From positions 210,982 to 274,981 of the forward strand of contig CANMRT010000001.1 of the NCBI GenBank assembly GCA_947500415.1: a DNA stretch of 64,000 nt, written 5' to 3'. Every line of letters begins with the position of its first letter. Position 1 is the stretch's first letter. The notes under the pieces were generated by a model. It saw only the letters and a program-made list of their open reading frames with translations. It was not told the origin of the DNA and searched no databases. The translations under genes and the position numbers were made by a program. This stretch comes from an uncultured Roseicyclus sp. Lineage in GTDB: Bacteria > Pseudomonadota > Alphaproteobacteria > Rhodobacterales > Rhodobacteraceae. Below, piece after piece: positions 39,433 to 49,668 of the stretch.

Positions 39433-39519
39433 GACCCGGCGTTCGCAAAGAGGATAAGGGTCGGCGGCAATGGGGCCGCCATATGGATGAGGGACGCGGC
39501 AGGGGCCGCGAGTGCCCTC
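39433..39519 (+). promoter_or_regulatory. Structured pnp 5' leader
   Basis: Three consecutive hairpins: GACCC/GGGTC, GGCGGC-AATGGG-GCCGCC and GAGGG-A-CGCGGC-AGGG-GCCGCG-AGTG-CCCTC. Confidence 0.5.
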
Positions 39520-39534
39520 GAATAGGAAACGCAG

Positions 39535-41664
39535 ATGTTCAACATTGTGAAGAAAGAGATCCAGTGGGGCGAAGAGACGCTGACACTGGAAACCGGGCGT
39601 GTTGCCCGTCAGGCCGATGGGTCTGTGATTGCGACGCTTGGTGAGACCAGCGTCATGGCGAACGTGACGTTCGCGAAGGCTCCGAAGCCGGGAATGGATT
39701 TCTTCCCGCTGACGGTTCACTACCAAGAGAAATATTACGCTGCGGGCAAGGTCCCCGGTGGCTTCTTCAAGCGTGAGGCCCGGCCCACCGAGAAGGAAAC
39801 CCTGACCGCGCGTCTGATCGACCGTCCGATCCGCCCGCTATTCGTCCCCGGGTTCAAGAACGAGACGCTGGTGATGTGCACGGTGCTGTCCCACGATCTG
39901 GTCAATGACCCGGACATGGTTGCGATGATTGCGGCGTCGGCGGCACTGACGATCTCGGGCGCGCCGTTCCGTGGCCCGATTGCAGGCTGCCGCGTGGGTT
40001 TCGAAGATGGCGAGTACATCCTGAACCCGACGGTCGACGACATGCACGACCTGCGCAACAACCCCGAGCAGCGGCTGGACCTGGTTGTGGCGGGCACGAA
40101 AGACGCCGTGATGATGGTGGAATCGGAAGCCTATGAGCTGTCCGAGGCCGAGATGCTGGGGGCGGTGAAATTCGCCCATGAGAGCATCCAGCCGGTCATC
40201 GACCTGATCATCGATCTGGCGGAAGAGGCGGCGAAAGAGCCGTTTGACTTCCAGGCGCCGGATTACTCGGAGCTGTTCGAGGCGGTTCGCGCCGCTGGCG
40301 AAGACAAGATGCGCGAAGCCTATGCGATCACCGACAAGCTGGAGCGTCAGGCTGCGGTTTCGGCGGTCAAAGAGGGCGTCAAAGAGGGTCTGAGCGAAGA
40401 GCAGCTTGAGGATCCGAACCTGTCGGCGGCTTTGAAGAAGCTGGAATCGACGGTTCTGCGGTCGGACGTTGTGAAGAACGGTCGCCGCATTGATGGCCGT
40501 GCTTTGGACGAAGTGCGCGACATCGTGTCGGAAACCAAGGTTCTGCCGCGGACCCACGGCTCGGCCCTGTTCACGCGCGGCGAGACGCAGGGTCTGGTTG
40601 TGACGACGCTGGGCACGGGCGACGATGAGCAATTCATCGACGCGCTGCACGGCAACTTCAAATCCAACTTCCTGCTGCATTACAACTTCCCTCCCTACTC
40701 GGTGGGTGAAGCCGGTCGCGTGGGCCCTCCGGGTCGTCGTGAGATTGGTCACGGGAAGCTCGCATGGCGGGCGCTTCAGGCGGTTCTGCCTGCGGCAACG
40801 GATTTCCCCTACACTGTGCGGGTTGTCTCCGAGATCACCGAATCCAACGGCTCGTCGTCGATGGCGTCGGTCTGCGGCGGCTCGCTGTCGATGATGGACG
40901 CGGGCGTTCCGCTGAAGGCGCCGGTTGCCGGTGTGGCGATGGGTCTGGTTCTCGAAGAGGACGGCTCCTACGGCATCCTGACCGACATCCTGGGTGACGA
41001 AGATCACCTGGGCGACATGGACTTCAAAGTGGCGGGCACCGAGGCCGGTATCACGTCGCTGCAGATGGACATCAAGGTCGCCGGCATCACGCAGGAGATC
41101 ATGGAAAAGGCGTTGGAGCAGGCGAAAGCCGGTCGTCTCCACATCCTCGGCGAAATGGCGAAAGCCGTGACCGAGGCGGGCGAATTCTCCGAGCACGCGC
41201 CGCGCATCGAGACGATGCAGATCCCCACCGACAAGATCCGTGAAGTTATCGGCTCGGGCGGTAAGGTCATCCGTGAGATCGTGGAAGTGTCGGGTGCCAA
41301 GGTCGACATCAACGACGAAGGCATCATCAAGATCGCCTCGCCCAATGGCGACAGCATCCAGAAGGCCTATGACATGATCCATTCGATCGTGGCAGAGCCC
41401 GAGGAAGGCAAAGTCTACAAGGGCAAGGTCGTGAAGATCGTCGATTTCGGCGCCTTCGTGAACTTCTTCGGCAAGCGCGATGGTCTGGTGCACGTGTCCC
41501 AGATCGAGAACCGCCGTTTGGACCACCCCTCTGACGTTCTGAAAGAAGGTCAGGAAGTGTGGGTCAAGCTGTTGGGCTTCGACGATCGCGGCAAGGTCCG
41601 CTTGGCCATGAAGATGGTCAACCAGGAGACCGGCGAAGAAATGACGAAAGAAGACGCAGAGTAA
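39535..41664 (+). CDS. pnp: Polyribonucleotide nucleotidyltransferase
   Basis: [46 protein letters not shown]; KH and S1 domains. Confidence 0.98.
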   Translation: MFNIVKKEIQWGEETLTLETGRVARQADGSVIATLGETSVMANVTFAKAPKPGMDFFPLTVHYQEKYYAAGKVPGGFFKREARPTEKETLTARLIDRPIRPLFVPGFKNETLVMCTVLSHDLVNDPDMVAMIAASAALTISGAPFRGPIAGCRVGFEDGEYILNPTVDDMHDLRNNPEQRLDLVVAGTKDAVMMVESEAYELSEAEMLGAVKFAHESIQPVIDLIIDLAEEAAKEPFDFQAPDYSELFEAVRAAGEDKMREAYAITDKLERQAAVSAVKEGVKEGLSEEQLEDPNLSAALKKLESTVLRSDVVKNGRRIDGRALDEVRDIVSETKVLPRTHGSALFTRGETQGLVVTTLGTGDDEQFIDALHGNFKSNFLLHYNFPPYSVGEAGRVGPPGRREIGHGKLAWRALQAVLPAATDFPYTVRVVSEITESNGSSSMASVCGGSLSMMDAGVPLKAPVAGVAMGLVLEEDGSYGILTDILGDEDHLGDMDFKVAGTEAGITSLQMDIKVAGITQEIMEKALEQAKAGRLHILGEMAKAVTEAGEFSEHAPRIETMQIPTDKIREVIGSGGKVIREIVEVSGAKVDINDEGIIKIASPNGDSIQKAYDMIHSIVAEPEEGKVYKGKVVKIVDFGAFVNFFGKRDGLVHVSQIENRRLDHPSDVLKEGQEVWVKLLGFDDRGKVRLAMKMVNQETGEEMTKEDAE

Positions 41665-41685
41665 CTCTCGCGCTTCAGAAAATTG

Positions 41686-41719
41686 GAAAAGGCCCTGCGT
41701 TCGCGTGGGGCCTTTTCTT
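41686..41719 (+). terminator. pnp terminator
   Basis: GAAAAGGCCC...GGGCCTTTTCTT. Confidence 0.7.
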
Positions 41720-41788
41720 GTTTCGGAGAACGTTGACAGGAATACGGTCGAAGACGCAGGGTTCCGGCCTTTGGGGAAAGGACCGTCC

Positions 41789-42781
41789 ATGACCAACGAT
41801 CTTTGCACGGTGCTTGGCGTGGACAAGCCCATCCTTTCGGCACCGATGGCGGGGGCTGCTGGACCCGACGTTGTGGCCGCCGTGACCAACGCCGGGGGCT
41901 TTGGGGTGATCCCCCTTTGGGGCAGGCCAGCGGATGCCGTACGAGACGGGATTGCCGAGGTGCGGGCACGCACGGATGGGCCCTTTGCCGTGAACATCAA
42001 CATGGGCTTTCCGTTCGACGATGCGCTGGATGTTTGCATCGCGGAAGGCGTGGCTGCCGTTTCGTTGTTTTGGGGGATGGAGCCCGATGCCGTCGCCAAG
42101 GCGAAGGATGCCGGACTGCGTGTTCTCTACAGTGTGGGCTCGGCGGCGGAGGCGAAGACGGCCGTTGGTGCCGGGGCCGATGTGATCGTGGCACAGGGCT
42201 GGGAAGCTGGCGGCCATGTCTGGGGGCAGGTCGCCACGATGGCGTTGATCCCGGCGGTGGCCGACGCCGTTGACGTTCCGGTTGTGGCAGCGGGCGGGAT
42301 CGCGGATGGGCGTGGCATGGCGGCCGCACTGATGCTTGGCGCATCCGGCGTCTGGATCGGAACGCGGCTTTTGGCCAGCGCGGAGGCGACGATCCATCCG
42401 ACCTACCAAGAGAGCATCCTGAACGCGACTGAAGCGCAGACGGAATGGTACAAGGATCTCTATGACGTCGGCTGGCCCGACGCCCCACACCGCGCATTGA
42501 GAAATGCGACGTCAGAGGGTTGGGCAGAGGCAGGCGCGTGTCCGATGGGCGCTCGCCCCGGGGAGGGAGAGGCCGTTGGTCACCGCCCCACCGGCGAGCC
42601 GGTTTTGCGCTATCAAAGCTACACACCGCTGGCGGGGACAACCGGGGATGTTGAGGCGATGTCGCTTTGGGCCGGGCAAGGGGTGGGTTTGGTCCGCGAC
42701 GTCAAAACGGCTGGAGAGATCGTGGACGAAATCTATGATGCGGCCCGTGCCCAACTGAACGACGGTGCCGGCAAGCTGTAA
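41789..42781 (+). CDS. Nitronate monooxygenase / FabK-like flavoenzyme
   Basis: PILSAPM, AQGWEAGGH, PVVAAGGIADGRG, GTRLLAS.EA, WAGQGVG. Confidence 0.88.
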   Translation: MTNDLCTVLGVDKPILSAPMAGAAGPDVVAAVTNAGGFGVIPLWGRPADAVRDGIAEVRARTDGPFAVNINMGFPFDDALDVCIAEGVAAVSLFWGMEPDAVAKAKDAGLRVLYSVGSAAEAKTAVGAGADVIVAQGWEAGGHVWGQVATMALIPAVADAVDVPVVAAGGIADGRGMAAALMLGASGVWIGTRLLASAEATIHPTYQESILNATEAQTEWYKDLYDVGWPDAPHRALRNATSEGWAEAGACPMGARPGEGEAVGHRPTGEPVLRYQSYTPLAGTTGDVEAMSLWAGQGVGLVRDVKTAGEIVDEIYDAARAQLNDGAGKL

Positions 42782-42829
42782 CATGTGCCAGGCGCGGCGT
42801 TGGTCGGAGTCGGTGTTCCTTGGTTTGGA

Positions 42830-43288
42830 TCAATTCCCGTCCGGCGTGGTTGTCCAATCGACGTAATATCCTTCGCAACAGCGGAAGTTTTCATCGACCG
42901 GGCCTGCAAATGGGTTCTGAAATGATAAGGCATTGTGGTCGAACCAATCGAAAAAGACGGCTGCAACCTCGGCTGTTTGATCGTCAACAAATCGCGTGGC
43001 ATCTTCAAGCTCCACCCCATTTGCGACTTCATCTAGCATGTGGATCACGATGCTGATGTCGCGGGCGACGCGGGCCCGTTCGCGTAGGTCGACGTCAATT
43101 ACGAAATCGCCACCTGAGGCACGCCGCAAAGCGTCGTAGAGGCCGCTGCACAAGATCGGGATACGGGCGTCGCTCGCCCCATCAGCCGCAGTTTCGAAAA
43201 CGAGATCCTGAAAGGCTTGCTGCGAGTTTTGCGCGGCGACGGGCGTTGCGGCCATCACCAGGGCGAAAGCACAGATTATTCGTTTCAT
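42830..43288 (-). CDS. Secreted hypothetical protein
   Basis: Signal peptide MKRIICAFALVMAATPVAA; GGAG RBS. Confidence 0.65.
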   Translation of the reverse strand: MKRIICAFALVMAATPVAAQNSQQAFQDLVFETAADGASDARIPILCSGLYDALRRASGGDFVIDVDLRERARVARDISIVIHMLDEVANGVELEDATRFVDDQTAEVAAVFFDWFDHNALSFQNPFAGPVDENFRCCEGYYVDWTTTPDGN

Positions 43289-43550
43289 TTGAGGCTCCTG
43301 CGTGTTCTGCGCAGACCTGGCACCATCTTGCCATTGCGGCCCAGTAAGGGATTCCAGCAGCCAGAATGGAACCAAACTTGCGTCGAATCACTTTCTTTCA
43401 TGTGTATTTGGCCCCATAGGCGGGGCGAACTTACGCAGAAGTGACTGGAATCGCCGGACAGGGGACTTGTCCACAGGCCCTTGTTTGCAAACAATGGGGC
43501 AAGCGATTCTAGACGTTTAAAGCTGCCAGACGACCGATAAGGACAAGACC

Positions 43551-44174
43551 ATGTTAACCCGCCGCCACTTCATTATCACCACCACGACGCTGTTTTCCGG
43601 CGCGATTGCTGCGCCTGCCCTGGCGCAAGACGCCGTGGAGCTTGGCGTGGACGAGGCCCCTGATCAGGGGCCGACCGCCGGCGCAAACAACCCTTGGGGC
43701 TTGCACCCACGCTTCATGCCGCAGCGCGTTCAGGCCAACGCTGGCCTGACGCCGGGCGATATCCACGTGGATCCCACGTCACGCTACCTGTACCACATCG
43801 AGGATGGCGGCACGGCCATGCGCTACGGCGTCGCCGTTGGCCGCGCGGGCCTGTACCAAGCGGGCCGGTTCCGCATTGGTCGGACGGCGGAATGGCCGTC
43901 GTGGACGCCGACCGCGAACATGATTGCGCGCGAGCCGCACATCTACGCGCAATACGCTGGTGGTGTTCCAGGTGGCCCCGACAACCCATTGGGCGCACGG
44001 GCGCTGTACCTCTATGCAGGCAGCCGCGACACGTATCTGCGCATCCACGGCACACCGCAGCCCTGGTCGATCGGCACCTCGGCCTCTTCGGGCTGTGTGC
44101 GTCTGGTCAATGACCACGTGATCCAGCTGGAAGCCAACGTGCGCGTGGGATCCATGGCGATCCTGCACAGCTGA
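43551..44174 (+). CDS. Tat-exported L,D-transpeptidase
   Basis: TRRHF twin-Arg signal, WPSWTPT, NPLGARALYL, RIHGT, SSGCVRL. Confidence 0.93.
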   Translation: MLTRRHFIITTTTLFSGAIAAPALAQDAVELGVDEAPDQGPTAGANNPWGLHPRFMPQRVQANAGLTPGDIHVDPTSRYLYHIEDGGTAMRYGVAVGRAGLYQAGRFRIGRTAEWPSWTPTANMIAREPHIYAQYAGGVPGGPDNPLGARALYLYAGSRDTYLRIHGTPQPWSIGTSASSGCVRLVNDHVIQLEANVRVGSMAILHS

Positions 44175-44194
44175 TTTAAAGCGATAGTTCAAAG

Positions 44195-44226
44195 AAAAGC
44201 CCCGGTCCGATTGGCCGGGGCTTTTT
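44195..44226. terminator. Bidirectional terminator
   Basis: AAAAGCCCCGG...CCGGGGCTTTTT between convergent genes. Confidence 0.8.
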
Positions 44227-44248
44227 GTGTTGCGATTGGTGCCGTGCC

Positions 44249-44902
44249 TTAGCCGGGCAGTTTCGCCATGCGCAGGTAAGGCAGTTTCTTGTCGATCGAG
44301 CCATACTTGGCGATGGCGTCTTCATCCGAGACGGCCACGGGCACAACGACATCTTCACCCGGCACCCAGTTGGCGGGGGTGGCGACGTTTTCGCGGGCGG
44401 CAGTTTGCAGACCATCCAAAGCGCGCAAGACCTCGGCGAAGTTGCGGCCCACGTTCATGGGGTAGGTCATGGTCAGCTTCAGCTTCTTGTCGGGCCCGAT
44501 GATGAAGACGGAGCGTACGGTTGCGGTATCATTTGGCGTGCGGTTTTCGGGCAGCGCGGTCTCAGCGGGCAGCATGTCAAAGGCCTCGGAAATCGCCAGA
44601 TCGGTGTCGGCAGCGATGGGGAAGCCCGCCTTGGCGCCGCCAACGGCCTCGATGTCACCCTTCCACTTCACGTGATCCTCAACACCATCGACGGAGACGC
44701 CGAGCACCTTGGTATTCCGCGCCGCCCATTCGTCGGCGAGCTGTGCGACCGCCCCGAATTCGGTGGTGCAGACCGGCGTGAAGTCCTTCGGGTGGGAGAA
44801 GAGGATCATCCAGCTGTCACCGATGTAATCGTGCAGGGTCATCGTGCCCTGATCGGTAGTGACTGAGAGGTTCGGGATTTCGTCATTGATGCGCAGGCCC
44901 AT
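44249..44902 (-). CDS. 1-Cys peroxiredoxin (Prx6 family)
   Basis: FSHPKDFTPVCTTE, TVRSVFIIGPDKK, YPMNVGRNF, TPANW. Confidence 0.93.
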   Translation of the reverse strand: MGLRINDEIPNLSVTTDQGTMTLHDYIGDSWMILFSHPKDFTPVCTTEFGAVAQLADEWAARNTKVLGVSVDGVEDHVKWKGDIEAVGGAKAGFPIAADTDLAISEAFDMLPAETALPENRTPNDTATVRSVFIIGPDKKLKLTMTYPMNVGRNFAEVLRALDGLQTAARENVATPANWVPGEDVVVPVAVSDEDAIAKYGSIDKKLPYLRMAKLPG

Positions 44903-45088
44903 GGGAGATTCCTTTTGCGTGCGTTTCGGTCCTGATGAACATAGGCGCTGACGAAGGCCGCGTGAAGCGGCAAGGCAGAAGTCGGGAGGCCTGTTCCAGC
45001 CAGGGCTGATTTCGGCGAACGGCGGGTCTTGCGCAGCCCCGCAACCCCTGTCACGGTCCCGCGCGAATTCCAGCCAAGGGAGGCGGTC

Positions 45089-46522
45089 ATGGACAACGCA
45101 AAGAACTTCTACATCGACGGCAAATGGGTGGCCCCGGCCAAGGCCCGCGACTTCGACGTCATCGACCCCTCGACCGAAGAGGTCGGCGCGGTGATCTCGC
45201 TTGGCGATCAGGCGGATACGGATGCGGCAGTGGCTGCCGCCAAGCGCGCGTTTGAGACATGGGGCTGGACCGACCCGGCCGAGCGGATCGCTTTGGCCGA
45301 GAAGCTGTTGGGCATCTACAAGGCGCGCGAAGAAGAAATGGCGCAGGCGATCAGCCTTGAGATGGGCGCGCCTTTGGCGCTGGCCCGTGCGCAACAGGTG
45401 GGTGCGGGTTCGTGGCACCTGGAAGGCTTTATCAACGCCGCGAAAGAGTTCGTGTGGGACCATCCGCTGGGTGACTGGGCGCCGAGCGAGCGGACGGTCT
45501 ATGAACCGATCGGCGTTTGCGCGCTGATTACGCCGTGGAACTGGCCGATGAACCAGATCGTGCTGAAGGTTGTGCCGGCGTTGCTGGCGGGCTGCACGAT
45601 GGTGCTGAAGCCGTCCGAGATTGCGCCTTTGTCAGGCATTCTGTTCAGCGAGTTCATGGATGAGGCGGGGGTTCCTGCGGGCGTCTACAACATGCTGAAC
45701 GGCGACGGCGCGGGCGTAGGCTCGCAGCTTTCGGCGCATAAGGACGTGGATATGGTGAGCTTCACCGGTTCCACCCGCGCGGGCCGTCTGATCTCAAAAG
45801 CCGGGGCGGACACGATCAAGCGCGTGTCGCTGGAGCTTGGTGGTAAGGGTGCGAATATCATCTTCGCCGATGCCGATGAGAAGGCCGTCAAAAGCGGCGT
45901 GATCCGCTGTTTCCGCAACACGGGCCAGAGCTGTAACGCGCCGACGCGGATGCTTGTGGAGCGCTCGCGCTACGATCAGGCCGTGGAAGAGGCGACGGCG
46001 GCGGCGCAGTCCGTGACGGTTGGCCCGGCAAGCGAAGAGGGGCGGCATATCGGCCCCGCTGTTTCGGAGCTGCAGTTCAACAAGATCCAGGACCTGATCC
46101 AGGTGGGTATTGATGAAGGTGCCAAGCTGATGGCGGGTGGCACGGGCCGCCCCGAGAACCTGAACCGGGGTTACTACATCCGCCCAACAGTCTTTGCTGA
46201 CGTCACGCCGGACATGACGATCTACCGTGAGGAGATTTTTGGGCCGGTCCTCGCGATCATGCCGTTTGACAATGAGGATCACGCGGTGGCGATTGCCAAT
46301 GACACCGACTACGGCCTGACGAATTACGTGCAGACCGGTGATGTGGACAAGCTGCGCCGTGTGGCGCGGCGGCTGCGGTCGGGGATGGTCGAAGGCAATT
46401 CCCAAGGGTTCGCTATGGGTTCACCGTTCGGTGGCTACAAGCAATCGGGCAACGGGCGCGAAGGTGGGCGGTTTGGCCTGCACGAGTTCCTTGAGACGAA
46501 GGCTGTTTCTGGCTGGGGGTGA
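45089..46522 (+). CDS. Aldehyde dehydrogenase
   Basis: ITPWNWP, LKPSE, FTGST, LELGGK, GQSC, EEIFGPV, PFGGYKQSG. Confidence 0.95.
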   Translation: MDNAKNFYIDGKWVAPAKARDFDVIDPSTEEVGAVISLGDQADTDAAVAAAKRAFETWGWTDPAERIALAEKLLGIYKAREEEMAQAISLEMGAPLALARAQQVGAGSWHLEGFINAAKEFVWDHPLGDWAPSERTVYEPIGVCALITPWNWPMNQIVLKVVPALLAGCTMVLKPSEIAPLSGILFSEFMDEAGVPAGVYNMLNGDGAGVGSQLSAHKDVDMVSFTGSTRAGRLISKAGADTIKRVSLELGGKGANIIFADADEKAVKSGVIRCFRNTGQSCNAPTRMLVERSRYDQAVEEATAAAQSVTVGPASEEGRHIGPAVSELQFNKIQDLIQVGIDEGAKLMAGGTGRPENLNRGYYIRPTVFADVTPDMTIYREEIFGPVLAIMPFDNEDHAVAIANDTDYGLTNYVQTGDVDKLRRVARRLRSGMVEGNSQGFAMGSPFGGYKQSGNGREGGRFGLHEFLETKAVSGWG

Positions 46523-46544
46523 GCCCTGCAACCGAAAGAAACGT

Positions 46545-46580
46545 AAAAAAGGCGGGCCGAGGAGCCCGCCTTTTTTCTTT
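46545..46580. terminator. Bidirectional terminator
   Basis: AAAAAAGGCGGGC-loop-GCCCGCCTTTTTTCTTT. Confidence 0.85.
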
Positions 46581-46592
46581 GGGGTGACCGGA

Positions 46593-47651
46593 TCAGAATG
46601 AGAAATTCATGCCCAAAGAATATTGTTGAATGTCGTAGTACGGATTTTCGCCAACCTCTGATGTTGATGTACTGTACCCTGCCAGCACAGACGCGCCGCC
46701 GCCCAGGTCGTAACCTGCACTAACGCCTAAGCCAGCGGCTCTGAAAAAGGTCACAGGCAGCGCATTCTGGTCAAACTCAACGACGCCGTAATTGGCGTGG
46801 AGACTGTAGGGGCCCGAAGTCAGGCCGAAGCCGATTGCGTGATGCTCGCCGTCAAAAAAATCGCCCGAAATGCGTGTGGCTTGCACCCCAACTCCAATCG
46901 TGTCCAGCGCGTTGCCCTGCAACGTCCAAACGGCTGCAAGACTTCCGCCAAATTCCGAGGCACGGATAGCGGGGACCGCAAAGACCAATGCTCCGTCAAA
47001 CTCGTATCGTTGTACCAGAAATTCTGTCTCGCCTTGATAACCGATACCGGCCTGAATGTTCAGGTTGTCATAGTCACGTTCATAGCTGAGGCCGAACCCA
47101 AAGACCGGATCAGCAATCCCGCCTGTATCGTCATCATCCATTTCCACCGACAGGTGCCCGGTGAACGCGTCGAACGTGTAGCTAAAACGCGCAATTTGCC
47201 CATCAAACGAACCATCCAAATACGAACCGCGATATCCCCAATGGCTGGTTGATTCATCGTTGATTGAACCGGGATTAAGAATATTGCCCGCCTCGGTTAG
47301 CGCAGCGTCCAGTGCACCGTCGGTGTCCCCTAGGGTAAAGGTGGCATTGCCGGCAGAAATGAAGACGGAATATCCAAAGTCATCATCAGTATCGCCACCT
47401 GCGCCGCCTGCGACTTCGTCCAGGTCAACGGTCGCCCCAAAAATCAGGCCATTGTCGGCCTCGCCAGAGAGGGTGAAGGTTACATCGATGTCCTGAAAGA
47501 ACTGTGTCGGCAGATCCTGGACCGTTACCCCTGCGATGGACAGCCGCCCGCCTGCAACACCCATTTCGGCCGAACCGGTGAGGGCGATTTCGGCGGCGGC
47601 GATGCTTGATGTGGCCAGAAGCGCCGTGGTCGTGAGCAAAATTGTGCGCAT
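46593..47651 (-). CDS. Rhodobacter-type porin
   Basis: Signal peptide, EIALTGSAEMG, DIDVTFTLSGEADNGL.FGA, GDTDGA, YDLGGGASV, C-terminal Phe. Confidence 0.88.
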   Translation of the reverse strand: MRTILLTTTALLATSSIAAAEIALTGSAEMGVAGGRLSIAGVTVQDLPTQFFQDIDVTFTLSGEADNGLIFGATVDLDEVAGGAGGDTDDDFGYSVFISAGNATFTLGDTDGALDAALTEAGNILNPGSINDESTSHWGYRGSYLDGSFDGQIARFSYTFDAFTGHLSVEMDDDDTGGIADPVFGFGLSYERDYDNLNIQAGIGYQGETEFLVQRYEFDGALVFAVPAIRASEFGGSLAAVWTLQGNALDTIGVGVQATRISGDFFDGEHHAIGFGLTSGPYSLHANYGVVEFDQNALPVTFFRAAGLGVSAGYDLGGGASVLAGYSTSTSEVGENPYYDIQQYSLGMNFSF

Positions 47652-47791
47652 GATCGTGGATCCTGAAAAAGTCTCTTTCACGCGATAATAGCGGTTATTT
47701 GGACAAAACACTCAAGCGGGGTTGGGAAAATCGCGCATTGGTGTGGCATCGATGTTGCGGCGTCGATGCGGTTTGCCGCGCAAGCTTCGGC

Positions 47792-48445
47792 CTAGAAGGG
47801 CACTTTTGCACGGAAGGTCATACCCTTACCGCCGTCGGGGTGGCGGAGCTTGAGGCTTTCGGCGTGGAGCATGAGACGCGGGAAATTGAGCGCCTCGCCG
47901 GTCGCGTAGAAGGGATCGCCGAGGATCGGGTGGCCAATCTCGCGCATGTGTACGCGGAGTTGGTGGGAGCGGCCGGTTTTCGGGAACAGGCGCATCCGGG
48001 TGGTGCCATCTTCGATGCGCAGTCGGCGCCAATCGGTTTGGGCCGGTTTGCCCGTCTCGAAATTCACATGTTGCAGGGGGCGGTTGGGCCAGTCGACGAT
48101 CAGGGGCAGGTCAATGTGGCCCTGTTTCTCGGCCACCTCGCCCCAGACGCGGGCGACGTAGGTCTTCTTCATCTGCCGCTTTTCGAATTGCAGCCCAAGA
48201 TGTCGTTGTGCGGCGGGGGTGCGGGCGAAGACCATGACGCCGGAGGTGTCCATGTCGAGGCGGTGGACGAGAAGCGCCTCGGGGAAGGGGACTTGCAGGC
48301 GCGCGATCAGGCAATCGGCGAGATGCTCGCCTTTGCCGGGGACCGACAGCAGGCCCGCCGGTTTGTTCACGAGGATCAGCTCGTGGTCTTCGTGGACGAT
48401 ATCGAGGGGCGCATCGGGGGGCGCGTAGACGAAGGGCGCGGACAT
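47792..48445 (-). CDS. RluA-family pseudouridine synthase
   Basis: VNKPAGLLSVPG, VHRLDMDTSG, TGRSHQLRVH, LHAESL. Confidence 0.93.
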   Translation of the reverse strand: MSAPFVYAPPDAPLDIVHEDHELILVNKPAGLLSVPGKGEHLADCLIARLQVPFPEALLVHRLDMDTSGVMVFARTPAAQRHLGLQFEKRQMKKTYVARVWGEVAEKQGHIDLPLIVDWPNRPLQHVNFETGKPAQTDWRRLRIEDGTTRMRLFPKTGRSHQLRVHMREIGHPILGDPFYATGEALNFPRLMLHAESLKLRHPDGGKGMTFRAKVPF

Positions 48446-48452
48446 GGGCCGG

Positions 48453-48719
48453 TCAGGCCGACGCGGTCAAGATGTTCATTGCGTTCATGGCGACCAGCAC
48501 GAAGGTCAGGAAGAACAGGGTCCGGCGGGTCTGACGATCCTCATCACTGCTGAGCCAGTATTTCAGCTGCGCCATGAAGCCGCCTGTGGAGGGGAAGGCC
48601 CCGCCTGTCTGATCCTCGTTCCGGCGGCGCAGGGTGAAAAGGACGGAGAACATCATCGCGGCCCATGCGAGAAAGACGAGTGCTTGCAGGATCAGGCGGA
48701 TCGTATCGCCGGTGGTCAT
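48453..48719 (-). CDS. Small two-TM hypothetical protein
   Basis: Two hydrophobic helices; GGAAGGA RBS; ATGA overlap with the upstream ORF. Confidence 0.7.
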   Translation of the reverse strand: MTTGDTIRLILQALVFLAWAAMMFSVLFTLRRRNEDQTGGAFPSTGGFMAQLKYWLSSDEDRQTRRTLFFLTFVLVAMNAMNILTASA

Positions 48720-48919
48720 TCGGGTGGGTCCTTCCACAGCTTCCAGGCCGACCAGAGGGCAGAGCCGCCGAAGAAGGCCGCGCCGATGATCGCGATTTCA
48801 AGCGAGGCGATACCAGAGATGCCATTGCGGGCATAGCCCCAGATCAGGAGAGCGGAGCCTGCGAGGCTGATGGCGAGGCGGAGTTTGAGCTCGCCTCGGG
48901 TGGGGCCGAATTTGCTCAT
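48716..48919 (-). CDS. Small two-TM hypothetical protein
   Basis: MSKFGPTRGELKLRLAISLAG...GGSALWSAWKLW; downstream of chrR. Confidence 0.68.
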   Translation of the reverse strand: MSKFGPTRGELKLRLAISLAGSALLIWGYARNGISGIASLEIAIIGAAFFGGSALWSAWKLWKDPPE

Positions 48920-48983
48920 GGATTGCAGATACGAAAAACCCGCCAGGAGCGCGGGTTCGTCGCGGTTGGAGAGTGGCCTTGGG

Positions 48984-49625
48984 TCAAATGCCCAGGAAGG
49001 GCTGCGCGATGCGGGGCAGGAGGCCCTGGAACTTGAGGCGCGCATCGGTGGCCACGAGGCAGATGCAATCTTCACCGGGTTCAGCGATGGGGGTGTGGTT
49101 TACCTGGGCATCCGCAACCTCAAGATCGCCACGGGCGAATACGCCATCTTCGTCGCGGAACGCGCCCTTGAGAACCAGTGTCATCTCGGTCCCGTTGTGG
49201 CTGTGTTCGGGCATAGAGCGACCGGCAGGGATGCGCAGAAGCCGCGCGGTGCCATGTTCGTCGGAATGCAGGACGCATTGCTTGACGCCACGACCGACGT
49301 AGCGCCAGCGGACGGCGTCTTCGTCACCGCCCACAGCATTGCGCAGGGGGGTGGGGAAGGTGCCGTCGGAGATGACGGGGGCCGCTGCCGGGCCGGGCGC
49401 GCCAATCTTTGCCAAGGTCTGTTCGAGGCTGTCGTCGGCGACGTCAACTTTGTCTAGGTCTTCCAGGACGGCACCGCCCACGGCTTCAAACGCCTCAACC
49501 CGTGCGCGGGCATCGTCGCTGAGCGAAACGTGAGTGGCGACCACAAGGTCAAACGCCTGCGGCAACGCCCCGGTTGCATAGCCCATCAGAAGATCGTCGG
49601 GCGCGTGATGTTGGATATCTGTCAT
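48984..49625 (-). CDS. chrR: Zinc anti-sigma factor ChrR
   Basis: HHAPDDLLMGYATG, VATHVSLSDD (ASD), cupin P.HSH.G.EMTLVL.G, HTP..CICL. Confidence 0.93.
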   Translation of the reverse strand: MTDIQHHAPDDLLMGYATGALPQAFDLVVATHVSLSDDARARVEAFEAVGGAVLEDLDKVDVADDSLEQTLAKIGAPGPAAAPVISDGTFPTPLRNAVGGDEDAVRWRYVGRGVKQCVLHSDEHGTARLLRIPAGRSMPEHSHNGTEMTLVLKGAFRDEDGVFARGDLEVADAQVNHTPIAEPGEDCICLVATDARLKFQGLLPRIAQPFLGI

Positions 49626-49668
49626 TTGGTCTGTCTGTCTGTCGTATTTGGTCGTTATTGAAGTCTGC

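Noticed and set aside
39838-42099. 753-aa minus-strand ORF
   Set aside because: Antisense shadow of pnp caused by its biased codon usage.
43467-43475. DnaA-box-like TTGTCCACA
   Set aside because: Single mismatched 9-mer with no cluster or unwinding element; expected by chance.
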